Assembly: GCA_021775475.1 (NCBI GenBank)
Contig: JAJFHS010000028.1
Span: 15,729-79,728, forward strand
From: Hyphomicrobiales bacterium
GTDB lineage: Bacteria > Pseudomonadota > Alphaproteobacteria > Rhizobiales > JAJFHR01
DNA length: 64,000 bases
Direction of reading: 5' to 3'
Each line of letters starts with the position of its first letter. Position 1 is the stretch's first letter. This document shows positions 10,739-22,306 of this stretch, one piece after another. The notes beneath the pieces are model-generated. The model ran no database searches, was not told the origin of the DNA, and saw nothing but the letters and a program-made list of their open reading frames with translations. The translations under genes and the position numbers were made by a program.

Positions 10739-11773
10739 TTAAAGTGTCAGATTGGCGGAAACTTGAATGACCAGCTTGCCGAAATTTCGGCCCTCAAGCA
10801 ATCCGATGAAAGCATCGGGGGCATTTTCCAGACCTTCGACAAAATCCTCGCGGTATTTCACTTTGCCGTCTTTGATCCAGTTGCTCATCGTTGTTTCAAA
10901 CTCTGTCTGCTGGCTGGCATAATCCCAGACAATAAAGCCCTGAATATGCAACCTGTTGGTGAGAACAGAACGCATCAAAAGTGGCGTCTTGTTGGGGCCA
11001 TCGGGCAAAGAGGTTGCATTATAATGGGCAATCAGGCCGCACACAGGCATGCGGGCAAAGAAATTAAACAACGGCAACACCGCTTCAAAAACCGCACCGC
11101 CGACATTTTCCCAATAGATATCAATGCCATCGCGACAGGCGTATTCAAGATTTTGTGCAAACTCTTCGTCATGGTGATTGATACAGGCATCAAACCCCAA
11201 TTCACGCACAACAAAGTCGCATTTTTCAGCTCCACCAGCGATACCAATCACGCGGCAGCCTTTGATTTTGCCTATTTGACCAACGGCAGAACCTACCGCA
11301 CCTGAAGCTGCGGCAACTACCAGGGTCTCGCCCTCTTTTGGCTTGCCGATGTTTGACAAGCCGGTGTAGGCCGTCATCCCGGGCATGCCCAAAATTCCCA
11401 GAGCTGTGGAAATGGGGACCTGGGATGCATCCAGTTTTCGCAGGCCCTTGCCATTACTTGAGGCATATTCCTGCCAGCCCAGATAGCCAAAGACAATATC
11501 ACCCTCATTGAATTTGGGGTTTTTGCTGGCAATGACCTCACCGACAACGCCACCTTCCATGACCTCGCCAATCCCAACCGGTGCGGCATAAGATTTTGCC
11601 TCATTCATGCGTCCGCGCATGTACGGGTCGAGAGAAAGATATATGGATCGTACTATCACCTCGCCCTCGCCTGGCGTCGGGACAGGTGTTTCAACAAGCT
11701 TGAAGTCGCTCTTTTTCGGCACACCATGGGGGCGGGCGAAAAGAGTAATCTGGCGATTTACATCTGGGGTCAT
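10739..11773 (-). CDS. NADP-dependent oxidoreductase, medium-chain reductase family (YncB / alkenal-enone reductase-like)
   Basis: [15 protein letters not shown] nucleotide-binding motif. ATG at 11773 preceded by AGGAGG; the longer track ORF to 11839 is unlikely. Confidence 0.8.
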   Translation of the reverse strand: MTPDVNRQITLFARPHGVPKKSDFKLVETPVPTPGEGEVIVRSIYLSLDPYMRGRMNEAKSYAAPVGIGEVMEGGVVGEVIASKNPKFNEGDIVFGYLGWQEYASSNGKGLRKLDASQVPISTALGILGMPGMTAYTGLSNIGKPKEGETLVVAAASGAVGSAVGQIGKIKGCRVIGIAGGAEKCDFVVRELGFDACINHHDEEFAQNLEYACRDGIDIYWENVGGAVFEAVLPLFNFFARMPVCGLIAHYNATSLPDGPNKTPLLMRSVLTNRLHIQGFIVWDYASQQTEFETTMSNWIKDGKVKYREDFVEGLENAPDAFIGLLEGRNFGKLVIQVSANLTL

Positions 11774-11872
11774 AAGAGCCTCCTGAGAACTCACATCTAG
11801 ACATCTGAGAGGGTTGTGATTATTATGAAGTTTCGCCAAGCAAAATCAAGTTTCAATAATGGAAACACCTGA

Positions 11873-13966
11873 ATGAGTAATCTGGTCGCGTATGAAATCC
11901 ATGGTGCCATCGCCCTGATTGCACTAAACAGTCCACCGGTCAACGCCATGGGAGTTGAGGTCAGGCAGGGAATTGTTGATGCGCTGGCACAGGCGCAAAA
12001 TGATGATAGTATATCCGCCATTGTTTTGATCGGGCGCGGGCGCTGTTTTTGTGGCGGAGCTGATATTCGCGAATTTGGCAAGCCGCGGCTGCAACCTTAT
12101 TTACGCGATATTATTGACCAGCTCGAGGCCTGCCAAAAACCAGTGATTGCCGCCATCCACAAAACCGCTATTGGCGGCGGCTGTGAATTGGCGCTGGGGT
12201 GCCACTACCGGGTTGGCGATATGTCTGCCAGTTTCGGCTTGCCGGAAATTAAACTGGGTCTGTTGCCCGGTGCGGGCGGCACGCAGAGATTGCCCAGATT
12301 GATCGGCATTGAAGCTGCCCTCGATGTGATTTTGAGCGGTGATTTTGTTGCCACAGAAAAAGCCAAAGAGCTTGGCTTTCTCGATCAAATCATTTTCGGT
12401 GATCTCGCTCAGGGTGCGATTGATTTTGCCAGGAACCTGCTTGCGGCAGGCAAAGGGGTGCGCCCGGTGGGGCAGATGAAAATTGATGCGGCCGGAGCGA
12501 CAGAGATTTTTGCTGCCGCTCATAAAAAAACTTCCCGGCGCGCCCGTGGTCTTATAGCGCCTGAACGCTGTATTGCCGCAGTTGAAAGTGCTGTTACAGG
12601 CACGATTCAAGACGGTCTTGATCTTGAGCGCACATATTTTGACGAACTGGTGCAATCAGATCAGTCCAAGGCCCAGCGCCATTTATTTTTCGCCCAGCGC
12701 CAGGCCCACAAGGTTCCCGGTGTGCCCGCAGATACTCAGCCGCGCGAGATAAAAACAACCGCTGTTATCGGCTGCGGCACCATGGGGCGCGGTATCGCCA
12801 TGGCGCTTGCCAATGGCGGCTTGCCGGTAATTGTGCTGGAAGCTAACAGCGAAGCTTTGGACAAGGGTTTAGGGTTGGTGCGTGACACTTATGCGGGCAG
12901 TGTTAAACGCGGCAGCCTGTCTGCATCAGACATGGAGGCGCGTCTTGAGTTGATCAGTGGCACAACTGATTACACAGATCTGGCTGACGTCGATATCATT
13001 ATCGAGGCGGTGTTTGAGGATATGGATCTGAAAAAACAGATTTTTGCCAAGCTTGATCAGGCCTGCAAAGCAGACGCAATTCTTGCCACCAACACATCTT
13101 CGCTCGATATCAATGAAATTGCCGCTGCCACCAAACGGCCCGAAAATGTTATTGGCACGCATTTTTTCAGCCCGGCAAACATCATGAAGTTAATGGAAAA
13201 TGTGCGTGGGGCTAAGACTTCAGCCGATGTCATCGTAACGGTAATGAAACTTTCCAAAACCATCAACAAGGTTGGAGCCATGGTTGGTGTGTGCGATGGG
13301 TTCGTCGGCAATCGTATGTTGTATGCCTATCGCACCCAGGCCGAATTTCTACTTGAGGAGGGCGCCCTTCCCCATGAGATTGACAAGGTGATCTATGATT
13401 TCGGTTTTCCCATGGGACCGTTTGCCATGGGGGATCTTGCCGGGCTCGATGTCGGCTATCAGGTGCGCCAGCACCGGCGCAAGATGCGACCATCCAATGA
13501 TCGTTACTCATTTATCGCTGATCGTATTGTCGAAATGGATCGCTTTGGCCAGAAGAATAACAAAGGCTGGTATCTGTATGAACAAGGCAGTCGCACCCCC
13601 CAACCCGACCCGGTAATTGAAACACTGATTTCCGGTATTTCGTCAGAGCTGGGCATCACCCGGCGTGACATCAGCGACGCGGAAATTCTTGAGCGCTGCA
13701 TGTATACTTTAATCAATGAAGGCGCAAAACTTCTGGGTGAGAACATTGCCAGCAGACCAAGTGACATCGATCTCATCTGGGTCTATGGCTACGGCTTTCC
13801 TATCGGCAAGGGTGGTCCGATGTTTTATGCTGATCATATCGGTATCGAAACAATTCATAATGCTATGAACAAACTCTACCAACAGCATGGTGAAATGCTC
13901 AAGCCCGCCCCCCTGCTGGAGGAGTTGGCGAGAAGCGGAAAATCATTTGCGGATTTGCAAGGTTAG
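11873..13966 (+). CDS. bifunctional enoyl-CoA hydratase / 3-hydroxyacyl-CoA dehydrogenase (FadB/FadJ-like)
   Basis: 697 aa. N-terminal crotonase domain ([23 protein letters not shown]) and a central NAD domain ([13 protein letters not shown]). Confidence 0.9.
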   Translation: MSNLVAYEIHGAIALIALNSPPVNAMGVEVRQGIVDALAQAQNDDSISAIVLIGRGRCFCGGADIREFGKPRLQPYLRDIIDQLEACQKPVIAAIHKTAIGGGCELALGCHYRVGDMSASFGLPEIKLGLLPGAGGTQRLPRLIGIEAALDVILSGDFVATEKAKELGFLDQIIFGDLAQGAIDFARNLLAAGKGVRPVGQMKIDAAGATEIFAAAHKKTSRRARGLIAPERCIAAVESAVTGTIQDGLDLERTYFDELVQSDQSKAQRHLFFAQRQAHKVPGVPADTQPREIKTTAVIGCGTMGRGIAMALANGGLPVIVLEANSEALDKGLGLVRDTYAGSVKRGSLSASDMEARLELISGTTDYTDLADVDIIIEAVFEDMDLKKQIFAKLDQACKADAILATNTSSLDINEIAAATKRPENVIGTHFFSPANIMKLMENVRGAKTSADVIVTVMKLSKTINKVGAMVGVCDGFVGNRMLYAYRTQAEFLLEEGALPHEIDKVIYDFGFPMGPFAMGDLAGLDVGYQVRQHRRKMRPSNDRYSFIADRIVEMDRFGQKNNKGWYLYEQGSRTPQPDPVIETLISGISSELGITRRDISDAEILERCMYTLINEGAKLLGENIASRPSDIDLIWVYGYGFPIGKGGPMFYADHIGIETIHNAMNKLYQQHGEMLKPAPLLEELARSGKSFADLQG

Positions 13967-13976
13967 GATTACGAAA

Positions 13977-15158
13977 ATGAACGAAGCGGTAATTGTCTCC
14001 ACGGCCCGCACCCCCATCGGCAAGGCATTTCGTGGCGCATTCAACAAGACCCATGGTGCGACGCTTACCGGCCATGTCATTAAACACGCAGTGGAGCGCG
14101 CCGGGCTGGCGCCCGATGAAATTGAAGATGTCATCATCGGTTGCGGCTATCCTGAAGGCGCAACGGGTAAAAACGTTGCCCGGTTGGGCGCTTTTCGCGC
14201 TAAACTTCCCGTAACTACCTCGGGTACCACGGTAAATCGGTTTTGTTCCTCCGGCCTGCAGGCCATCGCTATGGCAGCGCAGCGGGTGGTGATGGACAAG
14301 GTTCCAGCCATAGTTGCCGGGGGGGTTGAAAGCGTCAGCATGGTTCAACCTCATTTGAACCGTACCTATTTTGAAGAAGACTGGCTGATGCAGCACAAGC
14401 CTGAATTGTGGATGACGATGATAGACACCGCCGACATTGTGGCAAAGCGCTATAATATCTCGCGCGATGCCCAGGATGAATACGCCCTGCAGAGCCAGCA
14501 ACGCACAGCCGCTGCCCAGGAGAATAATCATTTCGATACCGAAATAATTCCGTTGACAAGCGTTAAAGACATCAAAGATAAAGAAACCGGTGAAATTTCC
14601 CAGCAGGAAGTGACGCTGGAAAAAGATGAGGGAAATCGACCCGGTACAAATCTCGAAGGCCTGTCGGGGCTCGAACCGGTCATGGGTGAGAACGGGTTTA
14701 TTACTGCCGGCAATGCCAGCCAGTTATCCGATGGCGCATCGGCCTGTGTGGTGATGGATGCAAAGCTGGCTGAACAGCGCGGGCTTGAACCGCTTGGCAT
14801 CTTCAAGGGCTTGGCTGTCGCGGGCTGTGAGCCCGACGAAATGGGAATTGGTCCGGTGTTTGCGGTGCCGCGATTGTTGCAGCGTTTTGGTCTTAAAACC
14901 GACGACATAGATTTGTGGGAGCTCAATGAGGCTTTTGCCGTCCAGGTGCTTTATTGCCGCGACAAACTGGGAATTTCCAACGACCAACTCAATGTCAATG
15001 GCGGATCAATTTCAATTGGCCACCCGTTTGGCATGACCGGCGCACGCCTTGCCGGTCACATACTGATTGAAGGAAAACGGCGCAAGGCCAAACATGTTGT
15101 CGTCACCATGTGTGTTGGTGGCGGCATGGGGGCTGCGGGCCTGTTTGAAGTGGTTTGA
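13977..15158 (+). CDS. acetyl-CoA C-acyltransferase (3-ketoacyl-CoA thiolase)
   Basis: [18 protein letters not shown] start, [10 protein letters not shown] acylation Cys, and C-terminal [19 protein letters not shown] and CVGGGMG. The true ATG at 13977 lies inside the longer track ORF. Confidence 0.92.
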   Translation: MNEAVIVSTARTPIGKAFRGAFNKTHGATLTGHVIKHAVERAGLAPDEIEDVIIGCGYPEGATGKNVARLGAFRAKLPVTTSGTTVNRFCSSGLQAIAMAAQRVVMDKVPAIVAGGVESVSMVQPHLNRTYFEEDWLMQHKPELWMTMIDTADIVAKRYNISRDAQDEYALQSQQRTAAAQENNHFDTEIIPLTSVKDIKDKETGEISQQEVTLEKDEGNRPGTNLEGLSGLEPVMGENGFITAGNASQLSDGASACVVMDAKLAEQRGLEPLGIFKGLAVAGCEPDEMGIGPVFAVPRLLQRFGLKTDDIDLWELNEAFAVQVLYCRDKLGISNDQLNVNGGSISIGHPFGMTGARLAGHILIEGKRRKAKHVVVTMCVGGGMGAAGLFEVV

Positions 15159-15168
15159 ACAAGTTTGA

Positions 15169-15957
15169 CTATGAATAACTGCCGATGGTGGTGCCGCCAT
15201 CGATGACGAGGGTTTGGCCGGTAATGAAATTTCCGGCAGGAGCGGCAAGAAACACCGCTGCACCGGCGATATCTTCGGGCTCTCCCAATCGCCCGATGGG
15301 GTATGAGGCTATCGCCTTCGCCATGGCTTCAGGATCCTCCCACAAGGCACGGGCAAAATCAGTGCGCACCAGCCCTGGCGCAATGCAGTTGCAGCGAATA
15401 TTTGCCGGTCCCCATTCCACTGCCAGATTGCGCACCAGTTGCATGTCAGCAGCTTTCGACAGACCATAAGCCCCCAGCTTGTCATTGCCTTTTAGTCCGG
15501 CAATGCTGGATACGATTATGACAACGCCGTCTTTGCGCTTTGCCATCTGTGGCAACACCATATTGCACAGCCATAGATTGGATTTGACATTACTGCTCAT
15601 GATTTTATCGTAAGCCTCATCGGGAATTTCAGACAATGGGCCATAGTAAGGGTTCACGGCAGCATTACAGACAAGAATGTCGATCTGCTGCCACTTGTCC
15701 AGAGTTGCATTAACGAGAGACTGAAGCTGGTCTTTGTGCGAGATATTGCAAGCATGTGCCAGCACCTCACCACCGCCCTCATTGATCTCAGCGGCGACGG
15801 CTTTGCACACATCCTCTTTGCGGCTGGATATAACCACTTTGGCGCCCGCTTGAGCAAAGACCTGTGCAATCGCCTTGCCAATGCCTTTGGTTGAACCGGT
15901 AATGACAGCTACCTTGCCGCTTAGATCAAAAAGTCTATGAAGTTGCATCATCTGCAC
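15169..15957 (-). CDS. SDR family oxidoreductase
   Basis: TGSTKGIGKAIA cofactor motif, NAAV, and YGLSK catalytic Y-x3-K. Confidence 0.88.
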   Translation of the reverse strand: MQMMQLHRLFDLSGKVAVITGSTKGIGKAIAQVFAQAGAKVVISSRKEDVCKAVAAEINEGGGEVLAHACNISHKDQLQSLVNATLDKWQQIDILVCNAAVNPYYGPLSEIPDEAYDKIMSSNVKSNLWLCNMVLPQMAKRKDGVVIIVSSIAGLKGNDKLGAYGLSKAADMQLVRNLAVEWGPANIRCNCIAPGLVRTDFARALWEDPEAMAKAIASYPIGRLGEPEDIAGAAVFLAAPAGNFITGQTLVIDGGTTIGSYS

Positions 15958-17980
15958 TCAACCGCCATTGCTGAAACATTATTGGCGTAAGACATAACAC
16001 CAGCAAAATACCGGCAGCGATGGTTTTATCAAAATTGCTCCATGGGATAATCCCGCCGCCCGGTGTCGCCAGTAACAATCCTGCGGCAAGAATGCCCAGA
16101 CGCAACGGCCATTGCCATAATGCCCGTGTGCAAAGATCGCCAATGAATATCAAATAGCCCTGTAATGCACTGGACACCAGAGTGATGCCGACAATGGCAA
16201 ACACGAATGTCATGGCAATATGACTCACCGAACCCTTGAGGATGAAGGCTGGATCAAGGACGAAGAAAAACGGCACAAAATAGATGATGCTGCCCAGCCG
16301 CATGGCTTCAAAGCCGGTTCTTATGGGATTGGCGTTGGCGATTGTCGCAGCGGTATAAGCACCCAGTGCTACCGGCGGCGTGATGTAGGAGACCATGCCC
16401 CAATAAAAGATGAAGAGGTGCGAGGCCAGCGGATCAAGGCCACCCTGAATAAGGGCGGGGGCGAGAACAATGGCGAGAAAAATGTAGGCGGCGGTCACCG
16501 TCATGCCGATGCCCATGATGAAGCTGGTAAGTGCACCCATGAACAATAAAACAATGGTATTTCCACCGGCCAGAAACACCAGATCATTGACGAAGGTTCC
16601 AGCCATGCCGGTAACCGAAAGTGCGCCAACGATGAGGCCGACGCCGGCCAGCAGAGCGGTGATTTCAGCGAGCAGTGTGCCGGTGGCGAGGATGAAACCC
16701 TTGAGTTCTGCCCACCCCCATTTTTGCGACGAGGTTACCTGATTTATGATGATCAATAACAAGGTGGCATAAAACGGTGCCAAAACCTCACGCTTGAGAT
16801 AAATCAGCATGACGATGAGCAGGACAAACACCGCGATGAAATGCCAGCCTTCGCGCATGGTCTCACCAATTCGCGGCAGCTCCGAACGCGGCATTCCCGG
16901 CATTTTTTTGCGCGCTGCATAAGAATCAATCTGCACAAATAAAGCAAAGAAATAGAGGATGGAAGGAATGATGGCGGCGACTGCAATGGTGGCGTAGGGG
17001 ATTTCCAGAAACACCGCCATGATAAAGGCGGTGGCCCCCATAATCGGTGGCATCAATACCCCGCCGGTTGATGCGCAAGCCTCGACACCCGCTGCATAAG
17101 AAGGGCGAAACCCGGATCGTTTCATGGCCGGAATGGTCATGGCGCCGGTAGTTAAAACGTTAGAGATAACACTGCCACTCATGGAACCCATCAGACCACT
17201 GGCAAATATTGCCACTTTGGCCGGGCCGCCGCGCACATGGCCAAGCAGGGCAAAGGCAAGATTAATAAAAAACGTGCCGCCGCCGGTTTTTTGCAAGGCG
17301 ACACCAAAGATCAAAAAGCCGATGACCAGATTGGCCAGGGCGCGCATGGGGATACCGAGAACGCTCTCGTTGCTCAAAATGTGATAGACGGCAGTATCGG
17401 CAAGAGTGCTGGAGAGGCCTGAAATGGGACCGGGCATCTTGTCGGCGATCAACGGGTAAAAAGATACAATCGCCACAACAATAAACAGCGATGTCCCCCC
17501 TGCCCGTCTTGTGACCTCAAGCATCAACAACCAGAATACATAAGAGGCATAGACCATGTAATCGGGTGCGCCAAACTCCCAGCCCTTATCAAGTATCTCT
17601 TTGCTCTTGGACATGACAAAAACCGTGACAACCAATGTCAGGATAAACAGCGCCCAGTCATACAGCGGCACTGTGGTACGCGATGCTTTGGCTGTAGCCG
17701 GAAACATGATGAACACGATGGGTACAAACAGGCTGATCAACGCATATTGATAGTTATTATCAAGGATGGTGAGGCCGATAAAAAAGCCCAGGTTGAAGAA
17801 CTGATTGACGGCCAGCCCGACGCCCAGAATTGTAAAGACCAACAGACACAATTGCCAGTTGGCGGAAAGCTGGCGGTAGCGGCTTGGGGCCGCTTCCGCC
17901 GTATCGTCGATCTGATCGTGCCCGTGGGTCACGGGTTCATGCCAGCATCCATGAGTGCTGCTTTGCGGACCTTGAGCCAT
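15935..17980 (-). CDS. TRAP transporter fused permease (TAXI-associated, DctQM-like fusion)
   Basis: 681-aa highly polytopic protein immediately downstream of a TAXI solute receptor gene. Confidence 0.85.
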   Translation of the reverse strand: MAQGPQSSTHGCWHEPVTHGHDQIDDTAEAAPSRYRQLSANWQLCLLVFTILGVGLAVNQFFNLGFFIGLTILDNNYQYALISLFVPIVFIMFPATAKASRTTVPLYDWALFILTLVVTVFVMSKSKEILDKGWEFGAPDYMVYASYVFWLLMLEVTRRAGGTSLFIVVAIVSFYPLIADKMPGPISGLSSTLADTAVYHILSNESVLGIPMRALANLVIGFLIFGVALQKTGGGTFFINLAFALLGHVRGGPAKVAIFASGLMGSMSGSVISNVLTTGAMTIPAMKRSGFRPSYAAGVEACASTGGVLMPPIMGATAFIMAVFLEIPYATIAVAAIIPSILYFFALFVQIDSYAARKKMPGMPRSELPRIGETMREGWHFIAVFVLLIVMLIYLKREVLAPFYATLLLIIINQVTSSQKWGWAELKGFILATGTLLAEITALLAGVGLIVGALSVTGMAGTFVNDLVFLAGGNTIVLLFMGALTSFIMGIGMTVTAAYIFLAIVLAPALIQGGLDPLASHLFIFYWGMVSYITPPVALGAYTAATIANANPIRTGFEAMRLGSIIYFVPFFFVLDPAFILKGSVSHIAMTFVFAIVGITLVSSALQGYLIFIGDLCTRALWQWPLRLGILAAGLLLATPGGGIIPWSNFDKTIAAGILLVLCLTPIMFQQWRLSADDATS

Positions 17981-19080
17981 TCTGCTTTATAGGCGTCATC
18001 ATCGGCAATGTTTTTGTCTTTCATCGTTGCCCAGGCAGTGCCAAGCACATCCTGACGCTTGATCAAAGCATCGTTGTTTTTTTGCATATCATCGGTCCAG
18101 ACGCCGATTTCTTTCCAGTATTTTATAGCGGCAGGAGCATGAGGCACCGCCCATTTAAAGGATTGTCTTTCGGTTGACCAGCCAGACAGGGCCGCCATGG
18201 CGTCCTTATAATCGGGAAACGTCACATTTATCGCCTTGGTCATGGAATAGACCAACTCGGCATCCTGATCGGCCATGGTAATCAGTATCGGATAAGGGTA
18301 GCCCGCACCTTCCAGTGGCGTTTCCTTGGAAATATTGCCGGAGCCAATTGTTGCTGTGTGTGGCAGAATATAGGGTGCGACTTTTTTCAGGCGCGCCCAG
18401 CCCGCAGCGTCATTGGCTGGCATTGCCGGCCAGTAGATCCCGCGTGGAGATGCTTCCAGTTTACGGGTTGGACCTGATACAGTGGATGCAAATGCTGCAT
18501 CAACCTGACCGGAAACCATACCCTTCCACGAAGCGCCATAGCCGGGAAACTCAACTTTTTTGACGTCATCCCAGGTCAGGTTGGCGAAGGCCAGAATAGC
18601 TTCCATGCCGATATTGAGAGCGTCCGATCCAATCACGTAAGCAACGCGCTTGCCTTTAAGGTCGGCATAGGTTTTGACATTTGCATCTTTGGCGGTGCCG
18701 ACTTGCAGATTGGCATCAGAAGTTGCTGAAACCAATAATCTGAGTTTCATCGGGCCCCATTCACGCGCGGCAAACAGGGAGATACCTTCAGAGGCAAAAT
18801 AAGTTGCACCCCCATTGGCGACAAACTGAACCTTGCCTTTTTTCAAAGGCGTGAGCCGTGAAATATCATTCTTGCCGGGAATAACCCGTAAGCTGACACC
18901 GTATTTGTCCTTTAAAGCCTTGCCGATGGCGACTGCCTGATTATACCCGGTTGTACCGGTGTTATAAGCCGACCAGGCTATTGTCGCAGGCAGCTTGACC
19001 TCAGCCGCCAGCACCTGGCCCAAAGTTGCGCCGGTCAGGATTACCGCTGTTGCAACAATTTTCAGTTTTTCGTATTTCAT
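17929..19080 (-). CDS. TAXI family TRAP transporter solute receptor
   Basis: Signal peptide MKYEKLKIVATAVILTGATLGQVLA and TGTTGYNQAVAIGKAL, typical of the TAXI/Imm family. ATG at 19080 with a GGAGG RBS; the track ORF extends to 19221. Confidence 0.85.
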   Translation of the reverse strand: MKYEKLKIVATAVILTGATLGQVLAAEVKLPATIAWSAYNTGTTGYNQAVAIGKALKDKYGVSLRVIPGKNDISRLTPLKKGKVQFVANGGATYFASEGISLFAAREWGPMKLRLLVSATSDANLQVGTAKDANVKTYADLKGKRVAYVIGSDALNIGMEAILAFANLTWDDVKKVEFPGYGASWKGMVSGQVDAAFASTVSGPTRKLEASPRGIYWPAMPANDAAGWARLKKVAPYILPHTATIGSGNISKETPLEGAGYPYPILITMADQDAELVYSMTKAINVTFPDYKDAMAALSGWSTERQSFKWAVPHAPAAIKYWKEIGVWTDDMQKNNDALIKRQDVLGTAWATMKDKNIADDDAYKAEWLKVRKAALMDAGMNP

Positions 19081-19141
19081 CTCAAACCTCCGTGTCAATC
19101 GCCCTGATTTTGACCGTTTTTCGGCCTTGGTAAACATTATC

Positions 19142-19158
19142 ATTCTGCATAGCAGAAT
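19142..19158. promoter_or_regulatory. perfect 17-bp palindrome ATTCTGCATAGCAGAAT in the divergent TAXI / acyl-CoA synthetase promoter region (candidate IclR operator)
   Basis: Perfect inverted repeat. The 12-nt core ATTCTGCATAGC recurs at 22245-22256, upstream of the acyl-CoA dehydrogenase next to the IclR gene. Confidence 0.5.
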
Positions 19159-19245
19159 TAAGTTTTGCATTTTTAGATGCACCGTGTAAAGAAAATCAGG
19201 GAATAACAGCCGACTTTTCAAGTGTCTCTGGTGGGAGCGTTTTAG

Positions 19246-21360
19246 ATGCAGGATAAAAATGACGGTTTGCGGGCGATGCTGGAACCGGCATCGGTAGCGA
19301 TTATTGGCGCTTCCGACGATCCGGCACGCATTGGCGGACGGCCGTTGCGCTATATGCGCGATGGTGGTTTTGGCGGTGCACTTTACCCAGTTAACCCCAA
19401 CCGTAGCGAGGTCCAGGGGCTACCGGCCTTCGCGTCAATTCTGGATGTACCTGAAACGGTTGACTGCGCCATTATTGCGGTGCCGGCAAAAATCGTTGCC
19501 CGGACAATTGAAGATTGCGCTGGCATGGGTGTTAAATCCGTTATTGTCTTCAGCGCCGGATTTGCTGAAACGGCCACTCACGAAGGCGAAGAGATGCAGG
19601 CGCAACTGGCAGAAATTGCCGCGCGCACCGGCATACGCATTCTGGGCCCAAACTGTTTAGGAATTTTAAGCTTCAAATCACGGTTTTTTGCGACGTTCTC
19701 AAGCACCGGTGATGGTGGCTATACCGAACCTGGCCCGCTTGCCATTATCTCGCAAAGCGGTGCTTACGGCACTCATCTTTATGCAGTTGCGCGTAGCTGG
19801 GGCCTCGGCGTGGCACAGGTTATCACCACGGGAAACGAGTGTGACATCACGGTAGCCGAGTGCATTGGCTGGGCCGCCCTTGACGATGATGTCAGGATAA
19901 TTGCAGCCTACGCCGAAGGCATCAAGGATGGACCTGCTCTTGTTCAAAGCCTTGAGTTGGCTCGTGCCAACAACAAACCGGTGATTTTCATGAAAGTGGG
20001 CAGAAGTGAAGAAGGTGCCGCGGCTGCGGCCTCACACACTGCATCGCTGGCCGGTGCTGACGAGATTTACGAAGCTGTGTTTAAGCAACATGGTGTGTTC
20101 AGAGCCGATACGACCGAGGAAATGCTTGATATCACTTATGCCTGCACCGCTGGCATTTACCCGGCTGGAAAAAAAATCGGACTGGTAACGCTTTCCGGTG
20201 GCGTCGGTGTTCAAATGGCAGATCATGCCAACAAGGTGGGGCTGGATGTATCGCCTATGCCGGAAGCTGCCCAGGCCAGATTGAAATCAGCTTTGCCGTT
20301 TGCAGCACCACGCAACCCGGTCGATACCACGGCGCAAATCTTCAATGATCTGTCTTTGGTGGGAAAAAATTTCACCATTATGCTTGATGAGGGCGGCTAT
20401 GATGTGTCGGTGGCATTCTTCACAGTTGCTGCGGCCTCCCCCTATATTGTCGAGCCTTTGTTGCAGGAACTCGATGAACTGCGGCAACGGTTTCCCGACA
20501 AGCTGATTATACTGTCAATCATGGGGCCGGACAACATTATGGCGCGCTATCGTCAGGCCGGATATCTGATTTTCGAAGATCCGTGCCGGGCCATTTCAGC
20601 GGCAGCAGCGCTGGTACATTTTGGCATGAGCTTTAATGAAAAGCTTGAAACGGCTCCGGAACAATATCCTTTTAACATGGTGCGGCAGGATCTAGGCACG
20701 CAGGCATTAAGCGAATGGGCTTCGCGAGAGTTTCTTGAAAATGCCGGTATACCGGTGGCAGAAGGCAGGCTTGCTACCAGCGCTGAAGAAGCTGCTGCGA
20801 TTGCCCGAAAGTTTGCTGTGCCGCTGGCGATGAAAATCAATAGCGATGACATTTCTCATAAAACCGAAATCGGTGGAGTTGAACTCAACGTTGCCGTGGA
20901 CACTGCATCACAGGTTTTTGCCCAACTGCAAGCGCGGGTTACAAAACATGCGCCCGACGTAGAAACCTCCGGCATCATCCTTTCACCAATGGTCGCTGGC
21001 GGCATTGAAACAATTCTTGGGGTTAAGGTCGATCCGGTTTTCGGGCCTGCGGTGATGTTTGGTTTAGGCGGAATATTTGTGGAAGTCTTGCAAGACGTGG
21101 TTTTCCGCATGGCACCTTTTGATCACTTGGAAGCCATGAAAATGATTGCTGAAATCAAAGGTATCAAATTGTTGCAAGGCGCGCGCGGGGCCCCACCATC
21201 AGACATTGAGGCCCTGGCAGATGCGCTGGTGGCCCTGTCACAATTTGCAGCCATGCACGGCGATCAACTGCACAGTATTGACCTTAATCCCTTTATCGTC
21301 ATGCCGCAGGGGCAAGGTGTGATGGCGCTGGATTGTCTGGTGGTGCCAAAAACCAATTAG
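19246..21360 (+). CDS. ADP-forming acyl-CoA synthetase (acetate--CoA ligase family; CoA-binding + ATP-grasp fusion)
   Basis: 704 aa. N-terminal CoA-binding fold (SVAIIGASDD), a SucD-like ligase domain, and a C-terminal ATP-grasp (PLAMKINSDDISHKTEIGGV). Confidence 0.85.
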   Translation: MQDKNDGLRAMLEPASVAIIGASDDPARIGGRPLRYMRDGGFGGALYPVNPNRSEVQGLPAFASILDVPETVDCAIIAVPAKIVARTIEDCAGMGVKSVIVFSAGFAETATHEGEEMQAQLAEIAARTGIRILGPNCLGILSFKSRFFATFSSTGDGGYTEPGPLAIISQSGAYGTHLYAVARSWGLGVAQVITTGNECDITVAECIGWAALDDDVRIIAAYAEGIKDGPALVQSLELARANNKPVIFMKVGRSEEGAAAAASHTASLAGADEIYEAVFKQHGVFRADTTEEMLDITYACTAGIYPAGKKIGLVTLSGGVGVQMADHANKVGLDVSPMPEAAQARLKSALPFAAPRNPVDTTAQIFNDLSLVGKNFTIMLDEGGYDVSVAFFTVAAASPYIVEPLLQELDELRQRFPDKLIILSIMGPDNIMARYRQAGYLIFEDPCRAISAAAALVHFGMSFNEKLETAPEQYPFNMVRQDLGTQALSEWASREFLENAGIPVAEGRLATSAEEAAAIARKFAVPLAMKINSDDISHKTEIGGVELNVAVDTASQVFAQLQARVTKHAPDVETSGIILSPMVAGGIETILGVKVDPVFGPAVMFGLGGIFVEVLQDVVFRMAPFDHLEAMKMIAEIKGIKLLQGARGAPPSDIEALADALVALSQFAAMHGDQLHSIDLNPFIVMPQGQGVMALDCLVVPKTN

Positions 21361-22160
21361 GCGCTTACGGTTATTTTTTTGGCAAGTTCTACCAGCCGCG
21401 GCCCGCACTTTTTTTTCAACATATCGGCTGAAACCCTGAAGGCTGGACCGCCACAAATCAGACCATAGACATTTTGATCGTGAGCCACGAGAGGTACACC
21501 CACCGCATTTACATCGGGGCGCCAATTGCCCACGGACAAACAAAAACCATGATCGGCGACATCACGGACGGATTTTTCAACACCGGTTTCAAGGGCTAAA
21601 TATTCTTCCGGGCTTTCTGTGCGCTTCTTGATGTGCTGCATCAGAAATTCGCGCTCGCCCGGAGGCAGGGCGGCCAGCAATGCACGACCCATGGCAGTTG
21701 AGGCCAGAGGAATGCGGGTGCCCACATCAATGGTGAGGGTTACGGCAGCAGGCCCGCGGCAAACTTCCAGATAAACCATCTCCATGCGATCACGCCCGCC
21801 GAGCGCAACAGTAACATCAAGCTCGTTCGATAGTTCCTGCAAATAAGGCCGGGCGCGTTCGCGAATGCTGAGGCCCGATAACATCGCATATCCCAAGGAA
21901 AGCACACCGGAGCCCAGTTGGTAGGTGCCATGTTTTGCTGAGTATGTAAGATATCCAAGCTGGGTTAAAGTGTACGTCAACCGCGAGATCGTTGGCTTCG
22001 GCAGGCCTGTGCGTTTGGCGATTTCCAGATTTCCCAGTGAAATATCACCCGATTTAAAACAGCGAAGCACATCAAGACCACGCGCCAGAGCCGTTACAAA
22101 ACGTCGATCTTTAATCGCCTCTTCCAGCTCCAGAATATCGTGGTCAGAAATTTTTTGCAT
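21357..22160 (-). CDS. IclR family transcriptional regulator
   Basis: N-terminal winged HTH (LGNLEIAKRTGLPKPTISRLTYTL) and a C-terminal IclR effector domain. Confidence 0.88.
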   Translation of the reverse strand: MQKISDHDILELEEAIKDRRFVTALARGLDVLRCFKSGDISLGNLEIAKRTGLPKPTISRLTYTLTQLGYLTYSAKHGTYQLGSGVLSLGYAMLSGLSIRERARPYLQELSNELDVTVALGGRDRMEMVYLEVCRGPAAVTLTIDVGTRIPLASTAMGRALLAALPPGEREFLMQHIKKRTESPEEYLALETGVEKSVRDVADHGFCLSVGNWRPDVNAVGVPLVAHDQNVYGLICGGPAFRVSADMLKKKCGPRLVELAKKITVSA

Positions 22161-22244
22161 AAGTCTATTAATCTGCCTGCGGGTGAAAAACCTGCAACGG
22201 AATATGATGCAAGCCTATACCAGGATTTCATTTTATGGTAACTA

Positions 22245-22261
22245 ATTCTGCATAGCGAAAC
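22245..22261. promoter_or_regulatory. second copy of the ATTCTGCATAGC operator-like motif (iclR / acyl-CoA dehydrogenase divergent promoter)
   Basis: ATTCTGCATAGCGAAAC matches the 19142-19158 palindrome at 14 of 17 positions. It lies 46 nt upstream of the ATG at 22307. Confidence 0.45.
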
Positions 22262-22306
22262 AATTCGACAGACTTCGCCGTCCTTCATTCTGGAGAGATT
22301 ATACCC

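Noticed and set aside
13887-13976. Upstream part of ORF 13887..15158 (thiolase)
   Set aside because: It overlaps the end of the FadB-like gene. The conserved thiolase N-terminus [16 protein letters not shown] starts at 13977.
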